In this document: positions 39,530-52,665 of the stretch, piece after piece | Position numbering within the stretch: the stretch's first letter is position 1 | How the letters are laid out: every line of letters starts with the position of its first letter | Assembly: GCF_009914755.1 (NCBI RefSeq) | Contig: NC_060940.1 | Reading direction: 5' to 3' (one strand) | Length of the DNA stretch: 64,000 nt | DNA from: the human T2T-CHM13v2.0 reference genome, Homo sapiens | The notes under the pieces: generated by a model | The model's database searches: none | The model's input: only the letters and a program-made list of their open reading frames with translations | What the model was told of the DNA's origin: nothing | Made by a program: the position numbers and the translations under genes

Positions 39530-39746
39530 TTTGCACATCTGTGGGGATGTGGGGATTGAGGTGCACGTCTGTGGGGATGTGGGGATGGGGGTGCACGTCT
39601 GTGGGGATGTGGGGACGGGGGTCCACGTCTGTGGGGACGCGGGGATGGAGGTGCACATCTCTGGGGATCCCAGGACAGAGGTGCACATCTGTGGGGACGC
39701 GGGGACGGGGGTCCATGTCTGTGGGGATGTGGGGATGGAGGTGCAC
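39530..39746. repeat. 30-bp G-rich minisatellite, about 7 copies
   Basis: GTGCAC(A/G)TCTGTGGGGATGTGGGGATGGAG units. Confidence 0.93.
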
Positions 39747-40239
39747 AGAGGACGCCTTCTGGTGAGCCCTGCACCATCACACTGTGGCCCTGGCCATCCC
39801 TGTGGGACAGCGCGTCTGGGTCTGGCTGCTGGTGCAGCCCATCTCGATTCTGGACTGAGATTCAGTGGTCACACCCGACGTCTCCTGGGTGAAGGCAGAA
39901 GACAGGGCTCTGGGGTTGCTGCCCAGAATTCAATTGCTCTTTCCACCCTGAAGAATCAGGCTGTCAAGTTGCACAAAACTGGTGAAGGGGACTTCTGGGG
40001 GTGAGGATCTTTGGGGGTTGAGTTGCTGATGTCCTAGGATCTTCTCCCCACCTCTGTTTCCCCAGAGAACTCTTGCCTCAAGGGTCCCCACTTCAGCGTG
40101 ACTTCCCTGAAAGCAGGTGGTGGTGACACTGTAGGGTGTTGGCCTCCTTTCCTGGCCTCACCCTCTTTCAGGGCCTTGCCCACTGTATGGGGGGGCCACG
40201 CATGTGTTTGCTGAGGCTAGGTCATCATGGGCACCAATA

Positions 40240-40545
40240 GCTTCTTGCCCTCACTCCCCAAGACCACCTGCTCCAGGGGAGGCCAGTGCCATATGCCAGC
40301 AGCTCTGTGGGGAGGCTCAACAGGGGAGTGCTGAGGCCTCGAGCCACCAGCCCCGGTCAGGACTTCAGATGACTCCAGCAAAGACATCTCGACGGCAGCC
40401 TCATGAGTGAGCCTGTGCCACAGCTGCCCAGCCAAGTCATGCCACATTCATGACCCAGAGAAACCAAGATAATCAATGACTGTTGTCCTTTTTAGCCACC
40501 AAGTTCAGAGGTGACTTGTTACGCAAAAGCAGAGAACAAATGTGC
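40240..40545 (+). mobile_element. MaLR LTR (MLT1-type)
   Basis: Ends TTTTAGCCACCAAGTTCAGAGGTGACTTGTTACGCAAAAGCAGAGAAC. Confidence 0.6.
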
Positions 40546-40896
40546 CAGCTGCCAGGGGTGTCGACGGCTCATAGCTGGGTCCCTCTGGAAATGGCTGCCG
40601 TGTCACCCCATGTAATGCCTTCTCCTGGGAGCAGCTGCATGGAAGGACTGGTCCTCATGTTTCCATTCAGGACACCCACAGAGGGTCTCTCTTCTTTGTG
40701 GGTGAGGCCTCAACAGTGAGACAGCTGAGGCCTCTGCTGCAACCGCATTGCAGCCCAGTGGCTCCCCCTGCCCAGGCCCACTTTCCACACCCCTGCAGGT
40801 GTTGCTCCAAGGAGCCTCTGCACCTCCTCCCAGACTCAGATCTGTTTCCTGGGACCCAGGCATGAGGCTTCTCCCCGGCAGCCTCCGATGTCACGT

Positions 40897-41088
40897 GGAT
40901 CAGGCAATGCTGGGCATCTGTGTCCACGCTGTCTCCTCTCCAGGATCAGGAGGTGCTGAGCGTCTGTGTCCACGCTGTCTCCTCTCCAGGATCAGGAGGT
41001 GCTGAGCGTCTGTGTCCACGCTGTCTCCTCTCCGGGATCAGGCAATGCTGGGCGTCTGTGTCCACGCTGTCTCCTCCCTGGGATCAGG
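40897..41088. repeat. 46-bp minisatellite, 4 copies
   Basis: TCTGTGTCCACGCTGTCTCC at 40917, 40963, 41009, 41055. Confidence 0.93.
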
Positions 41089-41399
41089 GGCTTTGCCAGC
41101 TTGCTCACCTTTGGCCCCTGGGCACATGATGGACTCTTACCAAATGTTAGTTGAGTAAATGTGAGTGGGTGGCACGGGAGGAGTCAGGCTAGGTGGCCGT
41201 CTGTGTGGGCGATTCGAGAAAACTCTTCCTGCAAACAGCCACCCAGAACCTAGCACCAGAATGCCTGGGCCTCACCATTGGTGACTCCTTTTTCCCTCAC
41301 TCCTCACGTATAGAATGCAAATACTATGAGGAAGACAAAGGCATGAAATCATTAACACTTTAGAGTTGGAAGCAGCTTCAGAGTCACACACACGTCCAA

Positions 41400-41592
41400 C
41401 TGCCCCTCCCCAAATCACCCAGGCCGAGGCTGCCCCACCCCAGTACCCATCAGAACCCCCTGGAGGGTGAGTTCAGACCCCCGGGGGGCCGCCTCCTGGG
41501 CTTCTGATTCAGGAGGCTGGGGCAGGCCCTGAGGCTCCACATTGCTGACAAGTTGCAGGTGGTCCGCTGCCAGTCCGCTTGGAGAACTCTGC
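41400..41592. mobile_element. MER5-like DNA transposon fragment
   Basis: CATCAGAA..CCTGGAGGG..TTCTGATTCAG..GGCTGGGGCAGGCCCTGAG..TTGGAGAAC. Confidence 0.5.
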
Positions 41593-42856
41593 TCCCGCTC
41601 ACACTGGACTGAACTGGCTGCTGCCTAGCCTACCACGGTCTCCGTCCGTCTTCTCTGGCAGGGGCTGGCTCTCCCAGGTGTCGCTGAGTGCCTGGTTGTT
41701 CCAATTCAGTTTGCTTACAGTGTCTGTGAGTAATACCCAAGGCTCCCCTCCTGCTCCTCCACACCCACGTGGCATGAGCAGCTTCCCCAGCCCTGGTGCA
41801 GCCTCCTGACTTCAGGCCTGTCTCTGCCTCGGTGTGAACTGTATTGGAGAGATGTCCTCCCAGCGTGGGCTGCTGTCCTGCAGGTGAGAATCATAACGTG
41901 GTCATTCAGAACCACTCGTCTTAAAGTGCCTTCTCTAGACAAAAAATGCCTTTTCCATCGAAGGTGGGGAGGGGAGAAAAATGGCCTCCAACGCAGGGAG
42001 TGCTGTGCGGGTTGGGCAGGTGCTTGTGGGCTCTAACAAATGGATTTCCACGAGGGGCCCAGGGCAGCAGGTGCAGCTTGGCCGGGTGTAGCCTCGCTGG
42101 AGACATGCGTCTGCAGCCGGGCTCTGTGGGGCCTCGGGACAGGCACTGGGAAACCTTAGAAACTGCAGAGCCGGGCCAGCGATGGCACAGTGTCCGTGGC
42201 AGGGAAGCTCAGGAAGCTTGTGGTCCAGCCCCCTTCACAGATGAAGACGCTGCGGCCCAGACGGGCACTCATGGCACTTGCAGTCAGTGTCGAAGGCACC
42301 TTGCTTTTCTTCAGCCCCCAGGCACCTGGGCCGGGTGCGGCTTCCTAAACCCCACTGTCAGGGCCCCTCCCGCACCGCCCCATGTCAAACCATTTCCTGC
42401 AGCAATGGGGCTGTGACGCCACTGCCAAAGAGGCCAGCGTGAGGAAGGGCTTTTGAACTAAAACCACTCCCCGCAGTGGCCAGTCTGCAATGGGCTGTTT
42501 TTCTAAAGTCTTTTTTTGTGGGTATGTCGTAGATGTATATATTCATGGGGTACATGAGATGTTTTGACACAAGCATGCAAGGTGTAACAATCACATCAGA
42601 GAGAATGGGGTCTCCATCCCCTCAAGCATTTATCCTTTCTGTTACAAACAAGCCAGTGATTTTATTTTAGTTATTTTAAGATGTACAATCAAATTATTGT
42701 TGACTATGCTCACCCCGTTGTACTATCAAATAATAGGTCTTATTCATTTCTTCTATTTTTTTGTACCCATTAACCATCCCCCCACTTCCCTTCCCAGCCT
42801 CTGGTAACCCTCCTTCCACTCTCTATGTCCATGAGTTCAATCGTTTTGATTTTTAG

Positions 42857-43191
<335 letters not shown>

Positions 43192-43419
43192 TGAAAACCT
43201 GTTGTTTTTCTTTCCATCCCTTGATTATTTCACTTAACATAATGACCTCCAGTTCCATCCGCGTTGTTCCAATGACAGGATCTCGTTCTTTTTTGTGGCT
43301 GAATAGTACTACGTTGTGTACGTGCCACATTTTCTTTATCTGTTTGTCTATTGATAGGCACTTAGGTTGCTTCCAAATCTTGCTACTGTGAAGAGTGCCG
43401 CAGTAAACACAGGCGTGCC

Positions 43420-43498
43420 AGCCAGGCGCGTTGGCTGATGCCTGAATCCCAGCACTTTGGGAGGCTGAGGTGGGCGGATCCCTTGAGGTCAGGAGTTC
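43420..43498 (+). mobile_element. Tail-less 5' Alu fragment flanked by 18-bp direct repeats
   Basis: GCCAGGCGCG..GAGGTCAGGAGTTC between CAGTAAACACAGGCGTGC (43401-43418) and CAGTAAACACAGGACTGC (43499-43516). Confidence 0.85.
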
Positions 43499-43964
43499 CA
43501 GTAAACACAGGACTGCAGACATCTCTTTGATAGATGGATTCCTTTCTTTTGGGTCTATACCAAGCATTGGGATTGCTGGATCCTATGGTAGCTCAATTTT
43601 TAGCTTTTTGAGGAACCGCCAAACTGTTCTCCATAGCGGCTGTATTAATTTACATTCCCACCAACGGGGTACGAGGGTTCCCTTTTCCCACATCCTCGCG
43701 AGCATTTGTGATTGTCTGTCTTTTGGATAAAGGCCATTTTAACCGGGGTGAGGTGATGTCTCATGGTAGCTTTGAGTTGCATTTCTCTGACGATCAGTGA
43801 TGTTGAGCTCCTCTTCAGATGCCTGTTGGCCATTTGTGTGTCTCCTTTGAGAAACGTCTATTCAGATCTTTTGCCCATTTTTAATCAGATGATTAGATTC
43901 TTTCCTATAGAGTTGTTTCAGCTCATTATATGTTCTGGTTATGAATCCCTTGTCAGATGAGTAG

Positions 43965-44335
<371 letters not shown>

Positions 44336-45391
44336 TGCTGTGCAGAAGCTTTTTAGCTCGAGGTGGCCCCATTTGCCTGTGTTTGCCTTGGTTGCCTGTG
44401 TGTGGGGGCATTGCTTGAGAAATGTTTGCCCAGGTCAATGTCCTGGAGATTGTCCCCAGTGTTTTCTTGTAGTAGTTTCATCATTGGAGGTCTTGGATTC
44501 CAGACTTTAATCCATTTTGGCTTGATGTTTGTATGTGGCGAGAGCTAGGGGTCTCGTTTCACTCTTCTGCGGATGTGTAGCCAGTTTTCCCAGCACCGTT
44601 TATGGAAGAGACTGTCCTTTCCGCAGTGTACGTTCTTGCCACCTTTGTTGAAATTGAGTTCACTGTAGGTGCGTGGGTAATGGGCGGCTCTTCCAGCTGG
44701 TGAGTTTCCATGGCTTCTGGCGCTTTGACACTTGGTGACAGGAGAGCCTGGTGAGCAAGGATCCAGCCCTGTGGATGCAGGACATGAGGACCTGTGGCTG
44801 AAGCCCGGCTGGGGGAGGAACAGTTTACCTCCAGCCCTGGGCAAGGCCATGCTTTTTGTGTCTCAGTTACCTCCGCAGACCGTGGTGAAGGCACAAAGGC
44901 TCTCGCAGCTGAAGGGCCTATCGTAGGTCAGGTCTGGCCTGTCTTAAATGGGTAACAAGTGGCCCCTCTGGGACAGGCGGTGCAGGGCCCCAGCTGTGAG
45001 GCGTGCGTCCCTTCTTCTTAATTTCACCGACATGGCTGGTTTGACACCCCCCCGGTGCAGGCTGCAGGGAGATCAGATACACGTGCAGCCTCTTGCTCTG
45101 GAAAGCTCACCGTGTGGTCTAGTGCGTGGAGAAGCTCCCGGGTGTGAGGAAATTTCTTGCCACACTGAGAGTGCTGTGGGACTGGACACCTGGCTCCTGC
45201 CAGGGCCGCACTGGGCAGGGCTGTGGGCCATGCGATGGGAGGTCCTGTGGTCCCATGATGTCCGGTGAGCACCATGGGTGGCTGAGGAAGGGTCTCCCCC
45301 ACCCCACAGCCAGTCCTGTCCCCCACCCCCAGCTTCATGGCCTTTGCAAGTCCCTCCACCTCTCTGTGCCCAAGTCTGCCCACCTGTGAAT

Positions 45392-45600
45392 GGGGAGAAC
45401 GATAAGGGCCACACTCACTCACTGCGGGGGTCTCCGGGGAGAATGACAGGGACCACACTCACTCACTGTGGGGGTCTGAGGGAGAATGACAGGGACCACA
45501 CTCACTGACTGCGGGGGTCTCCGGGGAGAATGACAGGGACCACACTCACTGACTGCGGGGGTCTCCGGTGTGGGGAATGACAGGGACCACACTCACTGCG
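45392..45600. repeat. About 44-bp minisatellite, 5 copies
   Basis: GGGAGAATGACAGGGACCACACTCAC..ACTGCGGGGGTCT units. Confidence 0.92.
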
Positions 45601-46740
45601 GAGTCTGAGGTGAGATTGGATCAGGGAACACGCGGTGCCCAGCTGACTTCCCAGCCCATGAGCTGGGGTAGACGGAGCCGTGGTTCTGGTACTGCATTCT
45701 CCTCCGTGCCTCCAGCTTCTGCAAGTGTTGCCCTGGGCGTCCGAGACCCTGTCTGAGCCTCTCTGCAGCCTGGTGAAGGCGGGCCTGGCCCCCAGATGCA
45801 GCTGTGTGTGCGGTGAGTTGGCTTGCTGGGCCCACAGAGGGGCAGGGAGCTCAGAGGGGCTGTTGGGGAAGAGGTGCCTCCCCTTCTCCACCTACAAGCC
45901 CAGCAAACCTGGTTCCTTGTGGCTGCCGCACTGAGAATTCTTGGACGACATTGCTTTGGGAGGAAGTGGGCACTGGAAACAGGCCAGGGGGAAAATGTCT
46001 TATCAGTCTGTAAAAAATTTCAGCCGCCTTTCTCTTTCTGTGGCCTCTCATGGAGATAATGCTTCTGGGGCCGGGGAAACAGAACCCAGAGGTGACTTAA
46101 AAAACAACCACCAACCCTCCAGGTCGCAGGGCAGTGAACGGTGGCTCCGCAGGGAAACGCAGCTGGTTCTGCCCCTGCCCAGCCTGTCTTAACCATGCCG
46201 CCTGGTCTTCTGTGCCGGGCTCTGCGCGTTCAGGATGTGATTCCATTTAATTAATACTTAAACTAAACCTTAGTGTGCAAAGGGGAAACGTGGCAGGAAG
46301 CACACCAAAAACAGCCACTGTGTTTATTTTCAAGGGGCTGGATTATTTTATGCATTGCTGCCATTTCTGATCTGCAATAGATATATATTATTTTCATAAT
46401 CAGAAAAACACATTATAAAAAGCTTTAGGAAGACAAGTACATGTGTGACGCTCATATGTCCCGGCTGATCAGCCAAGGTTGCTCCTCTGGAGAAGCTCGG
46501 GGGTCACCGCCGTGCACCCCTCCAGCTCATGTCAGCCTTGCACAGTGCACACGACCCCGTCCCCTCCCGCTTTCCCTCCTGAGTTGACCCTGGTTTATCT
46601 GGGATGGCCATGGGCTCCGCTAAAAATATGCACCGTCCAGGACGGTGGTGTGGAAAGAGAAAGGTGCCGGGGCCCTGTGTGTTCCTGGACTTCCTAACTC
46701 TAGTTCTGGAGACCAGAAGGGAAATCAAGAGGCCCGCCGA

Positions 46741-47085
46741 GCCATACTCCCTCCAGAGGCTCTGGGCCCTTCCAGCCGTACTCCCTCCGGGGGCTCTGGG
46801 CCCTTCCAGCCGTACTCCCTCCGGGGGCTCTGGGCCCTTCCAGCCGTACTCCCTCTGGGGGCTCTGGGTCCTTCCAGCCGTACTCCCTCTGGGGGCTTTG
46901 GGTCTTTCCAGCCGTACTCCCTCTGGGGGCTCTGGGTCTTTCCAGCCATAGTCCCTCCGGAGGCTCTGGGCCCTTCCAGCTGTACTCCCCCTGGGGGCTC
47001 TGGGTCCTTCCAGCCGTACTCCCTCTGGGGGCTCTGGGTCCCTCTAGCCATACTCCTTCCAGAGGCTCTGGGCCCTTCCAGCCTC
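46741..47085. repeat. 34-bp minisatellite, about 10 copies, inside an MLT1-type LTR (about 46690-47230)
   Basis: CTCTGGGCCCTTCCAGCCGTACTCCCTCCGGGGG period 34; flanks CTAGTTCTGGAGACCAGAAG and CTCCCAGCTCCTGG..TTCCTGGGCTTGTGGCCACATC are MLT1 motifs. Confidence 0.9.
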
Positions 47086-47239
47086 TCCCAGCTCCTGGGC
47101 ACTCCAGGTATTCCTGGGCTTGTGGCCACATCGCTCCCATGTCTGCCTTTATCCTCATGTGGTCTCTTCGTCTTTGGGGGCAAACCCTGCCCCCCGCCAC
47201 CGTCTCGCTCATGTAAGGATACCTGGTCATCCAGGGTGG

Positions 47240-48290
47240 CCTCCCCATCTCAGGTGAAAAGCGTGCGCTCTGGGAAAGGCTCTTTGATGAGGATGGAAAG
47301 AGAAACTGCAGAGCGGGGAAAATATTCACAAACACACACGCCCGACTAGAGCCCTGGGGTCCAGACTGTATAGAGAACTCTCAAAACTCAACCATGAAAA
47401 AACAAGCCGATGTGAGAATGGGCAAGACGTGGGGGGGCTCTTCCCTGAAGAGGATGCAGACAGCCAATCAGGGCGTGGCAGGTGCTCCTTGCCAGCAGCC
47501 GTCGGGAAATGCACTGAGACCACAGGCAGAGATCGCCACACCCCCATCAGGACGGCCAGCACAGAACCGGTGATGCCGCGGTGTAGACACAGGGCCTGGA
47601 CCTCCAGAACCAGCGATGCCCCAGTGTAGACACAGGGCCTGGACCTCCAGAACCAGCGATGTCGTGGGGTAGACACAGGTCCTGGACCTCCAGAACCGGC
47701 GATATCGTGGTGTAGGCACAGGGCCTGGACCTCCATTGCTGGCAGGAATGCAAATGGCATGGCCACTCTAAACACCAGCTTGACAGTTTCACCCAAAAGT
47801 AAACACCCGACTAATGTACAACCCCACAATGACACTCTTGGGGCGTTTATTCCAAAGAAATGAAGACGTATCTTCATGCCAAAAACTGTGCAGCTGCATT
47901 TGTAACAGGCAGAACGTAGAGACAACCCGAGCGTCCTTCAGTGGACACACGAACGGCCGCACCGCGGAACGCTACTCAGCCATGAAAACAAACAGACCAG
48001 CTGCACACAGCAACTTGGACCATCTCCAGAGAATTCTGCCGAGTGGGAAAAGCTGACCTCAAAAAGCCTGTACATGCCATGACGCTGTTTATGGAACTGG
48101 CATCATCAAACCAGAGACCGAGAACAGGTTGGTGGTTTGCCAGGGCTGGGGATGGTGGGTGGGGGGAGTAGGGGCCGCAGGGGGGCAGCTGGAGGCAGCC
48201 TGTGATGAGGGGAACAGTTAGTGCTTTGGTGGTGGTGGCAGTTACACGAATCTACACGTGTGATAAAATGGCCTTGCCTGAAGTGAGTGC
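47240..48290 (+). mobile_element. Old L1M 3' remnant containing a 43-bp tandem repeat (47573-47735, 4 copies)
   Basis: AAAATATTCACAAACACA, AGAACTCTCAAAACTCAAC, GGGAAATGCA..GAGACCACA, GCTACTCAGCCATGAAAA; GTAGACACAGGGCCTGGACCTCCAGAACC repeated. Confidence 0.7.
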
Positions 48291-48444
48291 ACGCGCGCGC
48301 ACACACACACACACACACCAGGGCATGCAGAGCTACGAGAGTCTGAACGGGCCCTGTGGGTCATGCCAGGCTGATGGCTTGGCATGCTGCTGTGTTGGCA
48401 CGCCTGATGCTCTGAAGGGTGTGGCTGGGTGGGAGTGAGAGTCA

Positions 48445-48632
48445 GGGATGCGTGAGGGCCGGGGATATGTGAGAGCTGGGGACGTGTGAGAACTGGGGGC
48501 ATGTGAGGGCCGGGGATGTGTGAGAGCTGGGGGTGTGTGAGGGCCGGGGACACGTGAGAGCTGGGGTCATGTGAGAGCCGGGGACGTGTGAGAGCCGGGG
48601 GCATGTGAGGGCTGGGGATGCGTGAGAGCCAG
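48445..48632. repeat. About 17-19-bp degenerate G-rich tandem repeat (GTGAG(A/G)GC(C/T)GGGG)
   Basis: About 10 units by direct reading; short (CA)n at 48300-48318 nearby. Confidence 0.85.
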
Positions 48633-48874
48633 GACAGATGCGTGTGGCTCTCTCTGCCTTTCTCTGCAATTTCCTGTGCATCTATAATTATTTCAAAAAT
48701 AAAAGTTTTTTTACAAAAAGAAAAAAATGAAGACAAAATCACCGCAAATTCCTGTTTTGTCCCTTTGATCTTTTTTTACTTGGAGAGATGATTCAGGTCT
48801 CTGAATACTCAGCCACTGACTGCCTAGAAGACCCTGGGGAGGGCTGGGCCTCTGAGGCTCAGGCCAGTTTATAC

Positions 48875-49108
48875 CTGTGGAAGTGCCACGTGTCTTCATG
48901 GACCGTGGAAGTGCCACATGCCTTCACCGACCGTGGAGGTGCCACGTGCCTTCAGGGACCGTGGAGGTGCCACGTGCCTTCGGGGACCGTGGAGGTGCCA
49001 CGTGTCTTCACGGACCGTGGAAAGTGCCACGTGTCTTCACGGACTGTGGAAGTGCCATGTGTCTTCATGGACTGTGGAAGTGCCACGTGTCTTCAGGGAC
49101 CGTGGAAG
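48875..49108. repeat. 28-bp minisatellite, 8 copies (GACCGTGGAGGTGCCACGTGTCTTCACG)
   Basis: TGCCAC/TGCCAT core recurs every 28-29 bp. Confidence 0.94.
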
Positions 49109-49351
49109 AGGGGCTTTTCCTGGGCTTGATGCTGCTGCACTGTTGCTGGGACCCAGCTTCTTGGAGCCCCGGTCGTGTGCGAGTGACCTGGGAGGTGGAC
49201 CTGTCGGAGTGACTGTGAGGGAAGCTGTGTGAAGGTGGGAGGCCGCCGTATCGTCAGAGGCAGCTATGGCAAAGGGAGGCTCCGCACACAGCGCCCATCA
49301 GCAGAGCAGGAGGAGGAGCACGAGGGGAGGCGCCATACTGTGATTTTACTT

Positions 49352-49647
49352 CTTTGTTTTTTTGAGACGGAGTCTCGCTCTGTCGCCCAGGTTGGAGTGC
49401 AGTGGCGCAATCTCAGCTCACTGCAACCTCCGCCTCCCAGATTCACACCATTCCCCTGACTCAGCCTCCCCAGTAAGCTGGGACTACAGGCTCCCACCAC
49501 CACACCTGGCTAATTTTTGTATTTTTAGTAGAGACGGGGTTTTGCCATGTTGGCCAGGCTGCTCTCAAACTCCTGACCTCAGGTGATCTGCCCGTCTCAG
49601 CCTCCCAAAGTGCTGGGATTACCCAGGCATGAACCACCGCACCCGGC
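49352..49647 (-). mobile_element. AluS SINE
   Basis: Antisense full Alu. Confidence 0.9.
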
Positions 49648-52419
49648 TCCTATCTTTTCATTGAAATCTTGCCTCGCAGCTTTTAAAGACTGTACATTTC
49701 TTCTAAGTTCTTTTTAGAATTCTTCGCAGTGTTTTGGTGGAGCCTTTTGAGTTTCTTCACGGGCTCTCCACAGCCCCACCCTGAGGACGGGAGCCCTTTG
49801 GATGGGGCCGGTGTCAGCAAAGGAAGCACAAGAGTCTCAGCTGCTCGACCTGGTCCTGCCCGCCGTGGTCCCAGAGAACCATGGGAGCAACATCTACCAT
49901 TTGGGCTGACTCTCTGCTTTCTGTGTCAGCTCACCTGTCACCTCCGCCTCTGCAGAGGGAGGGTGATGGCGCGCAGGGGTCAGGCACTCCCCGGGTGCTC
50001 CTGGAGTCTCATCTTCCTCTTTTCTTCCCTTCAGAGTGTGCTGATCCAGGCTCAGATTCCCGACTCTATGGCTTCCTTAGCAGAGGGGCCCTGGTGTCAA
50101 AGGACTGCTTTTAAAAGAAGATACAATTCTGACTCAAAAATACAGAATACATACATGTCAAAGACTTTATTTAACTCATTAACTAATGCAGGCACCAGTA
50201 AGATGTTTCCGGCATTTGGGAGAGAATTCAGAGAACCACACGGATAAGCAATAGGGAATGCTGAGATGAGTTTACAAATAGATGTGGAGATGCTTTATCC
50301 CCAGGTGGTCCTCGGCTGCATTCCACGGAGATGCAGTTCACTTGTGTTTCCACTGCTCTCACTTTTCTAGGATTTACAAAGTTGCAAAATAGCCCCAAGA
50401 CAATGAGAGGCAGGGCCTAGGCAGGAACTGAGTCACTGTTTGTTTTTGCTCGTTTCAAAGTCTTTTGCAAGTTTCCCTGACAACTCGTAACTCTTGGGCT
50501 TGTTTTGCCATCTGTGGAATGAAAATAACGTTTGTCCTGTCCTTGAGGAGTTGTGAGCTTGAAAAGAAAGTAAGTGAAGAAATGTCTTCTAGAGGCTTCT
50601 TTGTATCAGCCGAGGCGGTCTCACGGTTAGCTCTGGGCCCCCTGAGAACCGGGTCTGAAATTCACTATTTCATGGTCTCCTACAGGTTTATCTCCCTCCC
50701 TCGCTTCATCTCCGCACTCTTCCTTAAAGCCACATGCCTCAGTGCAGAAGCCTGGCCATCCGCAGCCTGTGGTGCACCTTCGGGGCCCATCTGTGCTGGG
50801 TGTTTTTCATTATTAAGTGACCCTGATGAGAATAACCTTGCACGGCTGGGAGCAACTCAGCATTCTTCTTGGTCACCAATTTTCCTTCCAAGCCAATTGC
50901 TCAAAGCAACCAAATACCAAAGTTTTCATCAGAATGCCTCGCTCCACGTGCACTGATGAACAACACCTGCTCCTGGGTCACGGGGCCGGCAGCCTGGATG
51001 TGTTTTACACAGAGGGTGGGGTGGAGACACAGGTGCGGGAAACTGTCCCCCACCGGGTCCAGCCGTTTGGGTGGATGCTGGCCGGCCCAGCTCTGGATGT
51101 GTGGGACTGGGCTGTTCCCAGGCGGCTGCCTCTCCTGGTTCTCCTCTGGGAAGTCAACGGCTGACTGATAAGGTTTTGCCCAGCTCCCTGAAGCCTGGTC
51201 TTGGTTAACTGGGAGCGTGTCGTAGGGAGTGGGGTTAGGGAAGAGATGGGGACATCTGGTTTTTGTCCTGCCCACTGTTTGGGACAGGATGGTTCAGTCA
51301 GACCACATTTGCAAAGCGAGAGCCGTCTGTGGAGTCCCGGCCCGTGGGGTCCTGGTGTTGGGTCTGTCTGCTGCCGCCGTGCGTGCTGTGAGGAGAGCAC
51401 TCTCTTCTGAGGAGAATGGGATGGGGAACCACACACAACCAAGAGGCCCCCAAGTCCGCCTGGGAGGGTGGAGGCTGCACCGGGGAGAGTGTGCTGGGCC
51501 AGGGTGGGTGAACGTGTCCTGTGGAGGGGGAGGCATCGCCCCTGAGCCATTCTCCAGCTTCCCTGCTTCCAGGGAGTGCAGAACTGCCCCGTGGTTGCTG
51601 AGGAGGAGAGAAATCTTCAGGGGCAGCCCTGGGCCCAGGGGAGCCACTGCCTGCCTCAGCAGAGCCTCGTGACACTTGCTTTCTCTGGGGTCCGTGCAGG
51701 AGGCCCAGGCCCCCGCCTTCTGCTGCATGTGTGTGTTACAGAAATGGCAGATGATAAACTGATTCCTCTATCGGAGCTTGGTGCTCATTTCCCGGAGTGA
51801 TGTCATCGGGCCGGCGGGACGCATTAGCCAGAGGGCTGGGAAACAGCGGAGATGGCGCGCCCCACCTGGGAGAACACAGGCAGCTGGAGGACGTCGGCGG
51901 TGTTACTGTCACGGTCACCTGGACTGGGCGGTTGCAGGCGGCCGGATGCTGGACCCACAGCGTGAGCTCCACGGCCGCAGCAGGGAGGCGAGAGCCCTCA
52001 ACCAGGGACGGAGCCGCCCTGTCCACGGAGCCTCCAGACCCACCAGAACGCCTGGGTCACCGCGGCTCCCGGGCGGGCCTCACTGCGCTGGGACACGTCA
52101 GGACACGTGGCAGCTCCCAGCGCGGTGGAAGGCCTGAGCCCTGGGAACACTGGCTGGAAAATGGAACTCGGAGGACAGAGCTTGTCGACGGCGTCTCGTA
52201 TGAATCCTGGAGGAGACGCCCGTGTCGAGGGCAATTAGAATCCAGGCGTGAGCCCCGGCTGGCTGCGTCCACTGGAGCCGCCTGACCTCACCCGAGGGTG
52301 GGAGGCCGTGTGGTTTCTTGGTTCTCAGCCATGCAAACTTTCTTGGCCGCAGGCGTTGGGTGAGGTTCTAGAAAGACCTCACCATCAGTGTGGGGTGTTT
52401 TGCACCCTCTCCTTCACTG

Positions 52420-52665
52420 GGGTGGCACGAGGCACCCGCTATGTACCGTGCACAGTGGGGTGGGGGGGTGGTGGGCGCTGCATGAGGTACCCGCTGTGCA
52501 CCATGCATGGTGGGATGGGGGGGTCGGGAGGGGGCACTGCATGAGGCACCCGCTATGTACCATGCATGGTGGGGTGGGGGGTTGGGGGGGGCGCTGCAGT
52601 TGGCACCGGCTGTGTACCATGAACGGTGGGGTTGGTGGGGGTCGGGGGGGTGGGGGCGCTGTACT
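52420..52665. repeat. About 57-bp G-rich tandem repeat, 4 copies
   Basis: GAGGCACCCGCT(A/G)TGTACC(A/G)TGCA followed by long G runs. Confidence 0.85.

Noticed and set aside
43695-43702. CTCGCGAG palindrome resembling the BANP-bound CGCG element
   Set aside because: Lacks the flanking bases of TCTCGCGAGA and sits in an old L1, not a CpG-island promoter.
46645-47349. 234-aa and 211-aa repetitive ORFs
   Set aside because: Products of a 34-bp VNTR in an LTR; period is not a multiple of three.
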